Source of the DNA: an uncultured Candidatus Saccharibacteria bacterium
GTDB taxonomy: Bacteria; Patescibacteriota; Saccharimonadia; Saccharimonadales; Saccharimonadaceae
Direction: 5' to 3'
DNA: 48,357 nt
NCBI GenBank assembly: GCA_947307445.1
Contig: CAMZJD010000001.1
Location: 1-48,357 of the forward strand
Shown in pieces: positions 25,396 to 35,236 of the stretch; the first letter of the stretch is position 1, and each line of letters starts with the position of its first letter. A program made the translations under genes and the position numbers. The notes below the pieces were generated by a model, which saw only the letters and a list, made by a program, of their open reading frames with translations, was not told where the DNA came from and did no database searches.

Positions 25396-26424
25396 TTAGG
25401 CTACTAGTTTTTCGCCACGAAGCTTTGAGGAAATATCAGATAGATAGAATCCAAGGATGCCGCCAATTAATGGGAAGATCACGTAAGTGACCAACATTGG
25501 CATCATGGCACTCATCAAAGCATCAAAGCCTTCGGCTGAAGCCGGCAACATGCCATACATCAAACCAGCAGCTGGATTCATAATGAACACGTTGTCGCCA
25601 ATACCGAGGAAGGTATTAGTAATTACAACTGCGTAAAGCATTGCTAGGAATACGCCACCAGCCACGATTGCGGCGAAGGTAAATACGCCACGGCGGTAAG
25701 CGGTTGCGCGAGCATAGCAGAACGCAATAATGATTGCGCCAACGAATTCAATCATCGTGATTGGCCAGAAGAAGCTGAAACCTTCGGTGGTAGCAGCTAC
25801 GCTGTCGGCGGCAGCCAAAACTGGCAAGGCCGTGCTTTCGGCGGCAATGTTGCCAGAAGCGATACCGGCATTATAAAAGCCGTTCACAATCATGAAACCA
25901 CACCAGGCACCAAGAATCTGGGCGATGAAATAAAGCACGCCACGAATCGCAGAGATGCGGCGGCTCGCCATCATACCGGCGGTGATGATTGGGTTGAGGT
26001 GTGCGCCCGAAAGCGAATGGACGGCGGCAATAATCGCGATATAGGCCACGATTAGATAAAGTGGGTTGTAGAAACCGAGCGTCAAAGCGACGGCAGTTAC
26101 AAGACCCGTGCCGATAATTTCCGCAATCAAAGCGCCGATAATCTTGGTATCCTTGAAGATTGTCAAGATATTCTCGTTTGGATCACCTTTGCGTGCGAAA
26201 AACTCCTTTACTGGATGAGCTTTTTCGGACACGACTTTAGTTTTTTCGGCTACCGGTTCTTTGGCGACTTCCTTAGCGACTACTTTTGGTTTCTTAGTAG
26301 CCTTGACGGAAGTGGTCTTTACGGCAGCCTTGGCTTTTGAAGTGGTGCTCTTTGCCTTTTCAGACTTATTGACAGTCTTTTTGGCAGCAGACTTCTTGGC
26401 CGACTTGGCTTTAGATGTTGCCAT
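25396..26424 (-). CDS. MIP/aquaporin-family channel with a ~75-aa Lys/Ala/Ser/Thr-rich N-terminal extension
   Basis: SGAHLNPIIT (first NPA box reads NPI) and FIMNPAAGL (second NPA). SD aaggagg. N-tail is MATSKAKSAKKSAAKKTVNKSEKAKSTTSKAKAAVKTTSVKATKKPKVV.. Confidence 0.85.
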   Translation of the reverse strand: MATSKAKSAKKSAAKKTVNKSEKAKSTTSKAKAAVKTTSVKATKKPKVVAKEVAKEPVAEKTKVVSEKAHPVKEFFARKGDPNENILTIFKDTKIIGALIAEIIGTGLVTAVALTLGFYNPLYLIVAYIAIIAAVHSLSGAHLNPIITAGMMASRRISAIRGVLYFIAQILGAWCGFMIVNGFYNAGIASGNIAAESTALPVLAAADSVAATTEGFSFFWPITMIEFVGAIIIAFCYARATAYRRGVFTFAAIVAGGVFLAMLYAVVITNTFLGIGDNVFIMNPAAGLMYGMLPASAEGFDALMSAMMPMLVTYVIFPLIGGILGFYLSDISSKLRGEKLVA

Positions 26425-26556
26425 TTCTCCTCCTTTTAAGATATATACCCTTATAATAACATAGTTTTTTAAGCGGTGGCATCTTTTATGAAAAAATAAA
26501 CAGATTATGCTTGTATGTTATACTAAATGTATTGTTTTAACGGAAGGAGATTATTT

Positions 26557-26781
26557 ATGGGGATTATGGTAGAGAAGGACGATCAACGTTCACAGCTTGG
26601 TGAGCGGATTACGGCCGATCTCCGTGAGCGTGTGCAACGCACCTCCTCCGATGAGGGCGATGCCATCGAAGATTCCGCTATGCTTGAGGGCACCCAAAAG
26701 AGCTCTCGTGCTGGTTGGTTTTGGATTACTTTAGTCGTGTTAGCCCTTATTTCGCTTGGCATAATTTTCTTCGTGAAATAA
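26557..26781 (+). CDS. Small tail-anchored membrane protein, hypothetical
   Basis: ATG 26557 follows ggaaggag. 74 aa: an acidic soluble part, then WFWITLVVLALISLGIIFFV. Followed by terminator gcgccc/gtat/gggcgc. Confidence 0.55.
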   Translation: MGIMVEKDDQRSQLGERITADLRERVQRTSSDEGDAIEDSAMLEGTQKSSRAGWFWITLVVLALISLGIIFFVK

Positions 26782-26834
26782 AATTGCGCCCGTATGGGCG
26801 CTTTTCTCTATATTATGGTAAAATATAAGGTGTT

Positions 26835-27797
26835 ATGCCTAGTATTTTGGAGTTAAAACAAGAGCTCAAAAAGCTCAATGCAGAATATGCCAAAATCAAA
26901 GACGTGCCCGCCGAGCAGCGCGCCGATTTTGGTAAACAGTTAAATATCAAAAAACAAAACCTCATGCAGCAAATCGCAGATGCCGAAGCGGCGGCTGAAG
27001 TTGCCAACATTGAAGCACTAGATATTACTGCGCCTTGCGATATTAACGCCGCTCAGCCAGAGTTTTTGACTGCCGATTTTGGTAGCAAGCATCCACTAAT
27101 GACCGAGCTCGACCGCGTTATCCGTATCTATCAGAGCATGGGTTTTGATATTGTCGAATCGCGTCAGTTGGACGACGAATTTCATATGTTCGATAGCCTC
27201 AACTTTGCCAAAGGTCACCCAGCCCGCGATGGTTACGATACTTTCCGTACGGAAGAAGGCTTTATTCCACCCGCTCACACTAGCACGATGCAACATCGCG
27301 TCCTCAAGGCTTACAAATACAAGCTCGATGAGGGCAAGGCGATTGCCGTTGCTGTGCCGGGTCGCGTTTATCGCAACGAAGATGTCGATGCCACGCATGA
27401 GCACACTTTCTATCAATGCGAAGGCGTCTATGTTTCTAAAGATTGCACGCTCGGTAATATGCTCGCTATTCTGCGCGAGTTCTTCGAAAAATACTATGGC
27501 CAAAAACTTAACATTAAAACTCAGCCAGGCTACTTCCCATTTACGGAACCTTCACTCGAATTCTTGATTGAAAAACCAGCCTCGCTTGGTGGCAAAGGTG
27601 ACGGATGGCTCGAAATGCTCGGTTGTGGCATGATTCATCCAAATGTTCTCAAAATGGCTGGCATTGACCCAACGAAGTACCAAGGCTTTGCTTGGGGTGG
27701 CGGTATTGATCGCCTCGTAATGCTACGTTATGGCCTCGGCGACGTCCGCAATTTCGAATCCGCGAAACTTGATTTCTTAAAGGAGTTCACATGTTAA
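26835..27797 (+). CDS. pheS: Phenylalanyl-tRNA synthetase alpha subunit
   Basis: HPARD, FRTE, class II motifs 2 and 3 (GFAWGGGIDRL). 320 aa. Confidence 0.95.
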   Translation: MPSILELKQELKKLNAEYAKIKDVPAEQRADFGKQLNIKKQNLMQQIADAEAAAEVANIEALDITAPCDINAAQPEFLTADFGSKHPLMTELDRVIRIYQSMGFDIVESRQLDDEFHMFDSLNFAKGHPARDGYDTFRTEEGFIPPAHTSTMQHRVLKAYKYKLDEGKAIAVAVPGRVYRNEDVDATHEHTFYQCEGVYVSKDCTLGNMLAILREFFEKYYGQKLNIKTQPGYFPFTEPSLEFLIEKPASLGGKGDGWLEMLGCGMIHPNVLKMAGIDPTKYQGFAWGGGIDRLVMLRYGLGDVRNFESAKLDFLKEFTC

Positions 27798-30223
27798 TAT
27801 CACTCAACTGGCTAAAGAGCGGCTTGCGAACAGACGCGATTTCCGATGAAGAACTCGTTAAGTTGATTGGCGCTCGCCTCGTCGAAATCGAACAAGTCAT
27901 CGACGAAACTCATAAATACGATGGCATCTACATCGTAGAAGTAAAATATTGTGAAAAAATTCCTGATACACATCTAAGTCTCTGCAAGATTGACGATGGA
28001 GGCGTAGCTAAAGATGTCGTACGTGATGAAGATGGTCTCGTGCAGGTCATGTGCGGCGCACCAAATGTCCATGAAGGCATGTTTGCGGCCTGGATTGCGC
28101 CGGGCGCCATCGTTCCAGCCACCTATCATGACGCTGAACCATTCAAGATTGGCATGCGCAAGATGCTCAAAAAATATGATTCTTACGGCATGATGGCTGG
28201 CGCCGACGAATTAGCTTTTGGCGATGACCATTCTGGCATCGTAGAGATTAATCCTGGCATTGCTCATCCGGGTAAAACCCTCTCCGAGACTTTTGGTAAT
28301 CTTAACGATAAAATCCTTGATATTGAGAATAAATCGCTCACGCACCGCCCAGACACTTTTGGTGTTCTTGGTTTTCGCCGCGAAGTTGCTGGTATTCTTG
28401 GTCAGAAACACATCTCCGAAGATTGGTATCTCAATCCGGAACAAGAATTCGATAATGATCCAAGCATCAAGCTAGATATTGAGGTAGACAAAGAATTGTG
28501 CCCACGCTATACGGCTATCGTGTTTGATGCCAAACTTGAGGATAAAAAGCCATATCTCGATTATGAATCAACCATCTTAGCTCGCTCTGGCATGCGCCCA
28601 GTTAGCCCAATCGTAGACGCTACTAATGTCGCGATGCTTGCTTTCGGCCAACCGCTTCATGCTTTTGATTACGACAAATTCGTCAAGGTTGGCGGTAGTA
28701 AAACGCCAAAAATCATCGTTCGTGCCGCTAAAGCCGGCGAAAAACTCGAATTACTTGATGGCACCACGGTTGAGTTGAACACCGATGATATTGTCATCAC
28801 GAGCAATAACGTGCCGGTCGCTTTGGCGGGCGCCATGGGTGGCGCTAGTACGGCTATCGACGAAAACACCAAGCGTATCATTCTTGAATCTGCTACCTTT
28901 AGCCTCTATAATCTTCGCAAAACCCAAATGGCGCACGGTATTTTCTCTGAAGCTATCACGCGCTTCACGAAAGGCCAACCGGCCGGCCAGACTAAGGCTG
29001 TTGCCCTCCGTTTCGGCGTAATTGCCTCAAAATATCTCACGCCACTCGCGTTGTTTGATAGCCAAGACAAAGAGCCAGATCCAATTCGGGTAGAAGTTAG
29101 CCTTGCACAAATTAACGGCCTACTTGGCACAGATTTTGCGATGGACGAAGTTCAGACGATTCTCGAGAATGTTGAATTTGATACCGAAGTTAATGGCGAT
29201 ATATTAACCGTTGATGTGCCATTCTGGCGCACTGATATTCATATTCCAGAAGATATCATTGAGGAAGTTGGCCGTCTTTCTGGCTTCGACAATATCGCGC
29301 CAGTTTTGCCGCTTCATGCTACCAGCACGCCGAATCCAATGTTTGAACTTAAAACTCAAATTCGCAATCACCTTGCTGCGCATGGTGCCAACGAGGTGCT
29401 CACATATAGCTTTGTCCACGGCGATTTGTTAACCAAAGTTGGTCAAAAACCAGATAATTCCTACAAAATTGTCAATTCTATCTCGCCCGAATTGCAATAT
29501 ATTCGCCAAAGTATCGTGCCGAGCCTACTAGATAAGACTTATGGCAACATCCGCGCCGGTCACGAAAAGTTTGCCATTTTCGAGATGAACCAAGTTTATC
29601 CACGCAGTAATGGCGTCGACGAAGATGGTGTGCCGCAAAGCGGCTACCAGCTCGGCTTCGTCTTTACGGATGGTTCCGTAAAAACCAACTATTATACGGC
29701 CAAGAAATATCTTGAGACTCTACTTAGCGCACTTGGTGTCGAATATAGCATCGAGCCATTTGAAGCCACCGATGAAAACACCTACTTTGAGCCAAAACGT
29801 TCCGCCGTTATTAGATCGCACGACAAAGTCCTGGGCTATCTCGGCGAGATAAAGCTCGGCATGCTTCGCGCATTCAAACTCGCGCAGGGTACTGCCGCTT
29901 TTGAATTGGACTTAACGCTAGTCTTGCGCTTCGCCGAGGGGGCTTCGCACAAAGATTTCCGGATCAGCCAATATCCATCTGTTTCGCGCGATGTGACGTT
30001 GACCGTGCCACTTGGCACTCCATATGCTAAGCTCGAACAACAAATTCGCAATATTCTAACCGCCAAACAGCTGATTTTCAAGGTCGCTTGCACTTCAATT
30101 TATCAAGCCGCTGGTGCCAGCACGAAGAACGTTAGCTTCCACATTGAATTCGCCAATCCAGACAAAACTTTGGAAAAAGCCGAAATTCAAGCTATAATGA
30201 AACAATTAGAGAGTATTAAATAA
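27791..30223 (+). CDS. pheT: Phenylalanyl-tRNA synthetase beta subunit
   Basis: MLISLNWLK start, B3/4 and B5 regions. ATGTTAA overlap with pheS. 810 aa. Confidence 0.95.
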   Translation: MLISLNWLKSGLRTDAISDEELVKLIGARLVEIEQVIDETHKYDGIYIVEVKYCEKIPDTHLSLCKIDDGGVAKDVVRDEDGLVQVMCGAPNVHEGMFAAWIAPGAIVPATYHDAEPFKIGMRKMLKKYDSYGMMAGADELAFGDDHSGIVEINPGIAHPGKTLSETFGNLNDKILDIENKSLTHRPDTFGVLGFRREVAGILGQKHISEDWYLNPEQEFDNDPSIKLDIEVDKELCPRYTAIVFDAKLEDKKPYLDYESTILARSGMRPVSPIVDATNVAMLAFGQPLHAFDYDKFVKVGGSKTPKIIVRAAKAGEKLELLDGTTVELNTDDIVITSNNVPVALAGAMGGASTAIDENTKRIILESATFSLYNLRKTQMAHGIFSEAITRFTKGQPAGQTKAVALRFGVIASKYLTPLALFDSQDKEPDPIRVEVSLAQINGLLGTDFAMDEVQTILENVEFDTEVNGDILTVDVPFWRTDIHIPEDIIEEVGRLSGFDNIAPVLPLHATSTPNPMFELKTQIRNHLAAHGANEVLTYSFVHGDLLTKVGQKPDNSYKIVNSISPELQYIRQSIVPSLLDKTYGNIRAGHEKFAIFEMNQVYPRSNGVDEDGVPQSGYQLGFVFTDGSVKTNYYTAKKYLETLLSALGVEYSIEPFEATDENTYFEPKRSAVIRSHDKVLGYLGEIKLGMLRAFKLAQGTAAFELDLTLVLRFAEGASHKDFRISQYPSVSRDVTLTVPLGTPYAKLEQQIRNILTAKQLIFKVACTSIYQAAGASTKNVSFHIEFANPDKTLEKAEIQAIMKQLESIK

Positions 30224-30240
30224 GGGTGGACGGAGGTAAC

Positions 30241-30963
30241 ATGATTGTCAACGAAGAAAGAAAAACATCGCCCAAACAGCGCATCATTATCATCTTAATC
30301 GCGATTTTAATGCTCGGTTCCACTTTTGCGCTTTACGCCGGCATCGTTCTGAACTACCAGAATGCTGACACTTCCACTACTAAGAGCAACCTCACCGATG
30401 AGGAAACGCAACGTTTCCAAGAGCTGCTTGCCGAATACCAATCCAGGGTCGACGAGCAAGCTGCAGAGTTGTCCGGTAAATACTTTAACACTTTTAAGCA
30501 ATACCGCAGTCGCGTCAAAGCTTTTAATGCCGCTGATGTTACCGAATTAAAGGTTACCGATCTCAAGGTTGGTACTGGCCGCGAAATCACTGAGTTAGAC
30601 GATGTTGATTACGCTGCCTACTACATCGGTTGGCTTTCGGACGAAAAGATCTTCGATTCATCTTTCGATGATGCAAGCAACCCTACCGCTCTAGTAGAAC
30701 CAATTTATGGTTCCACAAATATGATTCAGGGTTGGCTTGAGGGTATCGCTAAGGGCACCGAAGAAGGCTTTATCTGGGATGGTATGCGCATTGGTGGCGT
30801 TCGCGAAATCACGATTCCATCCGTACTTGGCTACGGTTCAACAGATCAAGGCGATATTCCAGCTAATAGCCCACTCAAATTCATCGTCATGCTCATCGAA
30901 ACTCCACCAGAGGTAGAATATCCGGAAGGTCTCGAAGAGCTTTATACTAAAATGGGCCTCTAA
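30241..30963 (+). CDS. FKBP-type peptidyl-prolyl cis-trans isomerase, membrane-anchored
   Basis: ATG 30241 follows ggaggtaac. N-terminal TM. YYIGWLSDEKIFDSSFD..IQGWLEGI..GMRIGGVREITIPSVLGYG..IPANSPLKFIVMLIE. Confidence 0.9.
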   Translation: MIVNEERKTSPKQRIIIILIAILMLGSTFALYAGIVLNYQNADTSTTKSNLTDEETQRFQELLAEYQSRVDEQAAELSGKYFNTFKQYRSRVKAFNAADVTELKVTDLKVGTGREITELDDVDYAAYYIGWLSDEKIFDSSFDDASNPTALVEPIYGSTNMIQGWLEGIAKGTEEGFIWDGMRIGGVREITIPSVLGYGSTDQGDIPANSPLKFIVMLIETPPEVEYPEGLEELYTKMGL

Positions 30964-30974
30964 TTAGCAAAAAC

Positions 30975-31004
30975 ATCCCGACCTCTGTAGAAGTCGGGAT
31001 TTTT
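30975..31004 (+). terminator. Intrinsic terminator after the FKBP gene
   Basis: atcccgac/ctctgtagaa/gtcgggat followed by tttt. Confidence 0.8.
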
Positions 31005-31026
31005 GGTGGATTAAGCATAAGCGTTC

Positions 31027-31055
31027 TTGACTTTTTAAACCAAGTGTGCTATAAT
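31027..31055 (+). promoter_or_regulatory. Promoter TTGACT-17-TATAAT with TG extension (module copy 3, looser)
   Basis: ttgactttttaaaccaagtgtgctataat shares ttgacttttt and aagtgtgctataat with the copies at 8128-8156 and 48033-48061. Confidence 0.7.
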
Positions 31056-31131
31056 GGTTGTATGGTCGTCAAAAATATGGCAACCAAGTACCTTGAAACT
31101 CAATTCGCATTAGAATCTCCCCTTAGGGAAG

Positions 31132-31180
31132 CATTTCTGCGTTTCTGCTTACTAGTTTAGCCGGCGGAAACGCAGAAATG
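31132..31180 (+). other. 14-bp perfect hairpin in the 5' leader of orphan C
   Basis: catttctgcgtttc (31132-31145), a 21-nt loop, then gaaacgcagaaatg (31167-31180). No T-run follows, so it is not a classical terminator. Confidence 0.6.
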
Positions 31181-31218
31181 CGAAACCTAGCATACAAACG
31201 ATAAGGAGGGGTATATAT

Positions 31219-31908
31219 ATGGTAGGAGAGATTATTGTGGAAGCAATCGCCTTGGTGGCATTGCTGATTGTGGCATTCGTATTTGGACAGAAGCGTGTTC
31301 GTCTGATCGACAGGCAGCACGTCAACGAGGACGAATTCATCATTGCGCCGCCGCGCCGTGACAAAATCTACAACGGAGCAGCCCGCGAGCTGAACGAGAA
31401 ATTTCGCAAGTACAACCGCACCGCCAATATCGAAACGGAGACTTTGATCTGTCTTCCGTCTGAGACGGCGGCTGGCTTCTTCGCCTTAATCGAGTCAGTG
31501 GCTTTTGCCTTCGTCCTAGCTTGGCATCACTTTGATGGCATTTCCCAGTTCATGATTGGGGAAAAAATCTACAGCGAAGATAGGCTGTTTGAAGGTAACA
31601 TTGGCGCGATAATTGTCCTAATACTTGTCATCGGAGTCTTCTGGTTTCTGTTTGACCGAATCATCATCAACGCTGCGAAAGCACGCGCTGAACGAATCGG
31701 CGAAAACCGCGCCCGCAAACACCGCACGGTGCGTTTCGTACAAGCTTTAAGCATCGACGAAATCGCAACACGCATCAAGTGGGCAGTGGTAGAAGAAATC
31801 GAAGAGCGCAAAGTACGTCGCGCCGCAAACCGCCGCCAGCAGGTGGCAGCTCGCAAGCAGCAGACCAAGAACAACATCGTCAAGCTGCCGACCGCAGTCA
31901 ACAACTAA
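31219..31908 (+). CDS. Hypothetical membrane protein (orphan cassette C), 3 TM plus Arg-rich C-tail
   Basis: 229 aa with SD aaggagggg. G+C is higher than in the neighbours. No family recognised. Confidence 0.65.
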   Translation: MVGEIIVEAIALVALLIVAFVFGQKRVRLIDRQHVNEDEFIIAPPRRDKIYNGAARELNEKFRKYNRTANIETETLICLPSETAAGFFALIESVAFAFVLAWHHFDGISQFMIGEKIYSEDRLFEGNIGAIIVLILVIGVFWFLFDRIIINAAKARAERIGENRARKHRTVRFVQALSIDEIATRIKWAVVEEIEERKVRRAANRRQQVAARKQQTKNNIVKLPTAVNN

Positions 31909-31930
31909 CTAATGCGAAAGAGGTCATAAA

Positions 31931-31966
31931 GGCCGGACAAGAGCTCAGCTCAGCGTCCGGCCTTTT
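31931..31966 (+). terminator. Intrinsic terminator of orphan C
   Basis: ggccggac/16-nt loop/gtccggcc followed by tttt. Confidence 0.75.
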
Positions 31967-31984
31967 CCCATGCCTGAAAACTTG

Positions 31985-31993
31985 TGCTAAGAT
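31985..31993 (+). promoter_or_regulatory. Extended -10 (TGcTAAGAT) 6 nt before the sbcB ATG
   Basis: tgctaagat-gaagct-atg. Confidence 0.45.
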
Positions 31994-31999
31994 GAAGCT

Positions 32000-33352
32000 A
32001 TGGAACAGACTTTTTTCTTTTATGATCTTGAAACCTCTGGCCTCGATTCGCGTGCCGATCGTATTATGCAATTTGCCGGTCAACGCACGAATCTAGACCT
32101 TGAACCAATTGGTGACCCCGTGAATATCTTGGTTAAAATGAGCGAGGACACGCTTCCGAGTCCATATGCCATCATGGTCACTAAAATCACGCCGCAATCT
32201 ACTTTGACGGATGGCTTCACCGAAGCGGAGTTTTGTAAATACGTCAGCGAAGAAATCTTCACGCCTGGCACTATCGCGATGGGCTATAACTCCGTACGTT
32301 TTGATGATGAATTTATGCGCCACATTTTCTGGCGCTGTTTTTATGACCCGTACGAATGGCAGTGGAAAGATGGTCGCAGTAAATGGGACTTGCTAGACGT
32401 AGTGCGCATGACGCGCGCCTTGCGCCCAGAAGGTATTGAGTGGCCAGTTACCGAAGAGGGCAAAGCTACTAACCGCCTCGAACTTATCACGAAGTTAAAT
32501 AAAATTGAGCACAAGCATGCCCACGATGCCATGTCGGATGTGGAAGCGCTGATTGACGTCACGCGCTTAATTAAAACAAAACAGCCACAACTCTATAATT
32601 ACCTATTCAAAATGCGCGAGAAGCGCGCCGTTCAACAATTAATTAATCTCGAAAAACCGCAACCATTCGTCTATTCGTGTGGCCAGTATAGTAGCGAATT
32701 CGAAAAAACGTCTGTGGCCTTTCCGATTGCACCCGCTCGCAATAGTAATGTATTAGTCTTTGATTTGCGCTACAACCTTGATGAATTGCTCGCGCAAGCA
32801 GAGCCGAAGTTTTATCCGACCGTAAAAGAGCTGAAATATAATCATTGTCCGGCCGTGGCGCCACTCGGCGTACTAGAGCAAGGCGATGGTTGGCAGAAAA
32901 TTGGCTTAACTAAAGAACAAATTGAGAAAAATAAGCTCGCATTATTGGCGCATCCAGATTTTATTGAGCAAATGCGTACCGAAAATGAAGAACGCCCAGA
33001 ATTCCCGCCGGCCGTAGATGCTGAGTCGGCATTGTATGATGGTTTCTTGGATCCGTCCGACAAAACGCGTTGCGATGCCGTACGCGTTGCGAAACTCAAT
33101 GACCTCGCAGATTTCCACCCAGATTTCCATGATCCACGTTTGCCTGAATTGCTATTACACTACAAGGCGCGTAATTTTGAACGTGCGCTTACTGAATCGG
33201 AGCGTAAAAGTTGGGAAGAATATCGTCTAGCGCGTATTAAGGCCAAACAGAACGAATATATTAAAGCCATTCAGCAATTAGCAGCGGACGGCAAAGATTC
33301 ATTTATACTCGAAGAATTGCAACTTTGGTATCAATCGTTGCTGCCATATTAA
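32000..33352 (+). CDS. sbcB: Exodeoxyribonuclease I
   Basis: FFFYDLETSGLD (Exo I motif), YNSVRFDDEF, HDAMSDV (DEDDh). About 450 aa with an SH3-like/helical C-terminus. Confidence 0.8.
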   Translation: MEQTFFFYDLETSGLDSRADRIMQFAGQRTNLDLEPIGDPVNILVKMSEDTLPSPYAIMVTKITPQSTLTDGFTEAEFCKYVSEEIFTPGTIAMGYNSVRFDDEFMRHIFWRCFYDPYEWQWKDGRSKWDLLDVVRMTRALRPEGIEWPVTEEGKATNRLELITKLNKIEHKHAHDAMSDVEALIDVTRLIKTKQPQLYNYLFKMREKRAVQQLINLEKPQPFVYSCGQYSSEFEKTSVAFPIAPARNSNVLVFDLRYNLDELLAQAEPKFYPTVKELKYNHCPAVAPLGVLEQGDGWQKIGLTKEQIEKNKLALLAHPDFIEQMRTENEERPEFPPAVDAESALYDGFLDPSDKTRCDAVRVAKLNDLADFHPDFHDPRLPELLLHYKARNFERALTESERKSWEEYRLARIKAKQNEYIKAIQQLAADGKDSFILEELQLWYQSLLPY

Positions 33353-33403
33353 ACTTTCACGCTCAAGTTTTTATTTCGCGGCTTAAGTCGTTATAATAAA
33401 GAT

Positions 33404-35236
33404 ATGCAGTGGATAGTTGGAATAAATGCCTTGAGATTTTTCGCAATTGTTCTCATCGTCATTTACCACCTCTTCCGCTCTGTGCTTCCGGGGGGCTTCG
33501 TGGCAGTAGAAATTTTCTTCACGCTTTCGGGCTTTTTTATTGTTTCGAAATTAATCGAAGAGCACCAAAAAACCGACAATATTAAGTATGGCAAATTTTT
33601 GGGGCGGCGCCTCGTCCGGTTATTACCAGGCCTTTTGATAATGATTGTGTCGACTTTACTTTTGTCGTTTTTGGTGCATCCAGATATTGTGGCCGGCATT
33701 CAAAAATATGCACTTGCCGCCGTTACCTTTACGACGAATATCGTAGAACTAATATTGGGTGGCAATTACGAAAACGCTATTACGCCAAATCTATTCGAGC
33801 ATACTTGGTTTTTGGCGCTTGAAATGCAGTTTTACATACTGGCGCCGCTCATTGTAAAAATGGTGCTCGGCCAAGCCAAAAAACCGCGCAATGGCCTCAA
33901 ATTACTCGGTGTTGTCTTTCTATTTCTAGGCGCCTTTTCGCTTGCGGCGATGATGGCCTATGGCGGCATTTTCCATCAAGTTGATCGCGCCTATTTTGCG
34001 CTCGATACGCATATGGCGGGCTTTTGCTTTGGCGCCACTTTTGCCGTCTTAAACAGCCTCGTGCCCCGCACGCCACGCACAAAGAAATTTTTACCAACAC
34101 TTGGCGTAGTGCTTAGTTTAGTTACGATTATGATTTTGGCTTTTAAACTTAATTATTCTGACGCGATGACTTATTTCTTTGGTTTACCATTTACGGCCAT
34201 TCTGACAGTAATTATGATTTTCTGTATTATCAAATTACAGCCCAATCCACGCGCCAAGCGCAAAAATCTAGCCGTGCTGCAGATGATTGAAAAACTCGGC
34301 AATCTTTCCTATGGCATTTATTTATTCCACTGGCCATTTTACATATTATTCGCGGAGATATTTGCTCATCTTGATGCTTGGTTTGCGCCGGTTTTGAATG
34401 CTATGCTGAGTTTTCTGCTGGCATACTTTGTAGCGAAAATTGATCTTGTTAAATTCTGGCAATACTTCAAAACCGCCAAGCCGGCCTATCGTGGCAAGTT
34501 GGGGCTCGCCGCCGTCATTCTTTTAGTTCCGATTGTTCTAGCGCTCGTGCGTGCACCATTGACCTCGAGCATTGCAGCACAGCTAGAAGGTATCAGTAAT
34601 GACGGTATATCTACCGCCGAAGAAAAGAGCCAATCGTCAGACTATATTGGTATCGCGGCGGCACTACGCGATAGCGGCGATGCGCTCGATAATCAATTTA
34701 GGGCTACGCTCAACCCAGATGCTATGCCGAAACACAATTCATCGGCGGCACCAAGTGCGAACGCGGCTCAAGTGCTCGTAATTGGCGATTCCGTCACATT
34801 GGGCGCCAAGGTTGCGCTTGAAACTACTATTCCTGGCACTTTTGTAGACGCTAAGGAATCGCGTGGCATTGAGACTGCAACTGGTATTATTGCGGGCTAT
34901 AAGGCCTCTGGTAAGCTCCCAGAAACCATTGTAATTAGCCTAGCTACCAACGAGCGCAATATCACTGAATCGTTGCTTCAAAACATCATTAATGTTGCTG
35001 GCAACGATCGCAATTTCATTTTAGTCACGGCTTATGCCGGCCCTAAACAGCCGCGCGAACGTCAGAACCAAGCCCTGAAAGCTTTTGCTGCCACTCGTAA
35101 TAACGTTTATATCGCCGACTGGTGGACAATTTCGCACAGCAACTGGTCTCTCATGTATGCCGATCATATTCATTTGAATCCAGAAGGCCGTCAGACTTAC
35201 GCAAACTTAATTTATAGCACGATAAAGGGGATTTAA
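33404..35236 (+). CDS. OatA-like O-acyltransferase: AT3 membrane domain plus C-terminal SGNH domain
   Basis: ALRFFAIVLIVIYH is an acyltransferase-3 N-terminus, with ~10 TM. The C-terminus has IGDSVTLG and DHIHLNPEG. TATAAT (33392-33397) lies 6 nt before the ATG. Confidence 0.8.
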   Translation: MQWIVGINALRFFAIVLIVIYHLFRSVLPGGFVAVEIFFTLSGFFIVSKLIEEHQKTDNIKYGKFLGRRLVRLLPGLLIMIVSTLLLSFLVHPDIVAGIQKYALAAVTFTTNIVELILGGNYENAITPNLFEHTWFLALEMQFYILAPLIVKMVLGQAKKPRNGLKLLGVVFLFLGAFSLAAMMAYGGIFHQVDRAYFALDTHMAGFCFGATFAVLNSLVPRTPRTKKFLPTLGVVLSLVTIMILAFKLNYSDAMTYFFGLPFTAILTVIMIFCIIKLQPNPRAKRKNLAVLQMIEKLGNLSYGIYLFHWPFYILFAEIFAHLDAWFAPVLNAMLSFLLAYFVAKIDLVKFWQYFKTAKPAYRGKLGLAAVILLVPIVLALVRAPLTSSIAAQLEGISNDGISTAEEKSQSSDYIGIAAALRDSGDALDNQFRATLNPDAMPKHNSSAAPSANAAQVLVIGDSVTLGAKVALETTIPGTFVDAKESRGIETATGIIAGYKASGKLPETIVISLATNERNITESLLQNIINVAGNDRNFILVTAYAGPKQPRERQNQALKAFAATRNNVYIADWWTISHSNWSLMYADHIHLNPEGRQTYANLIYSTIKGI

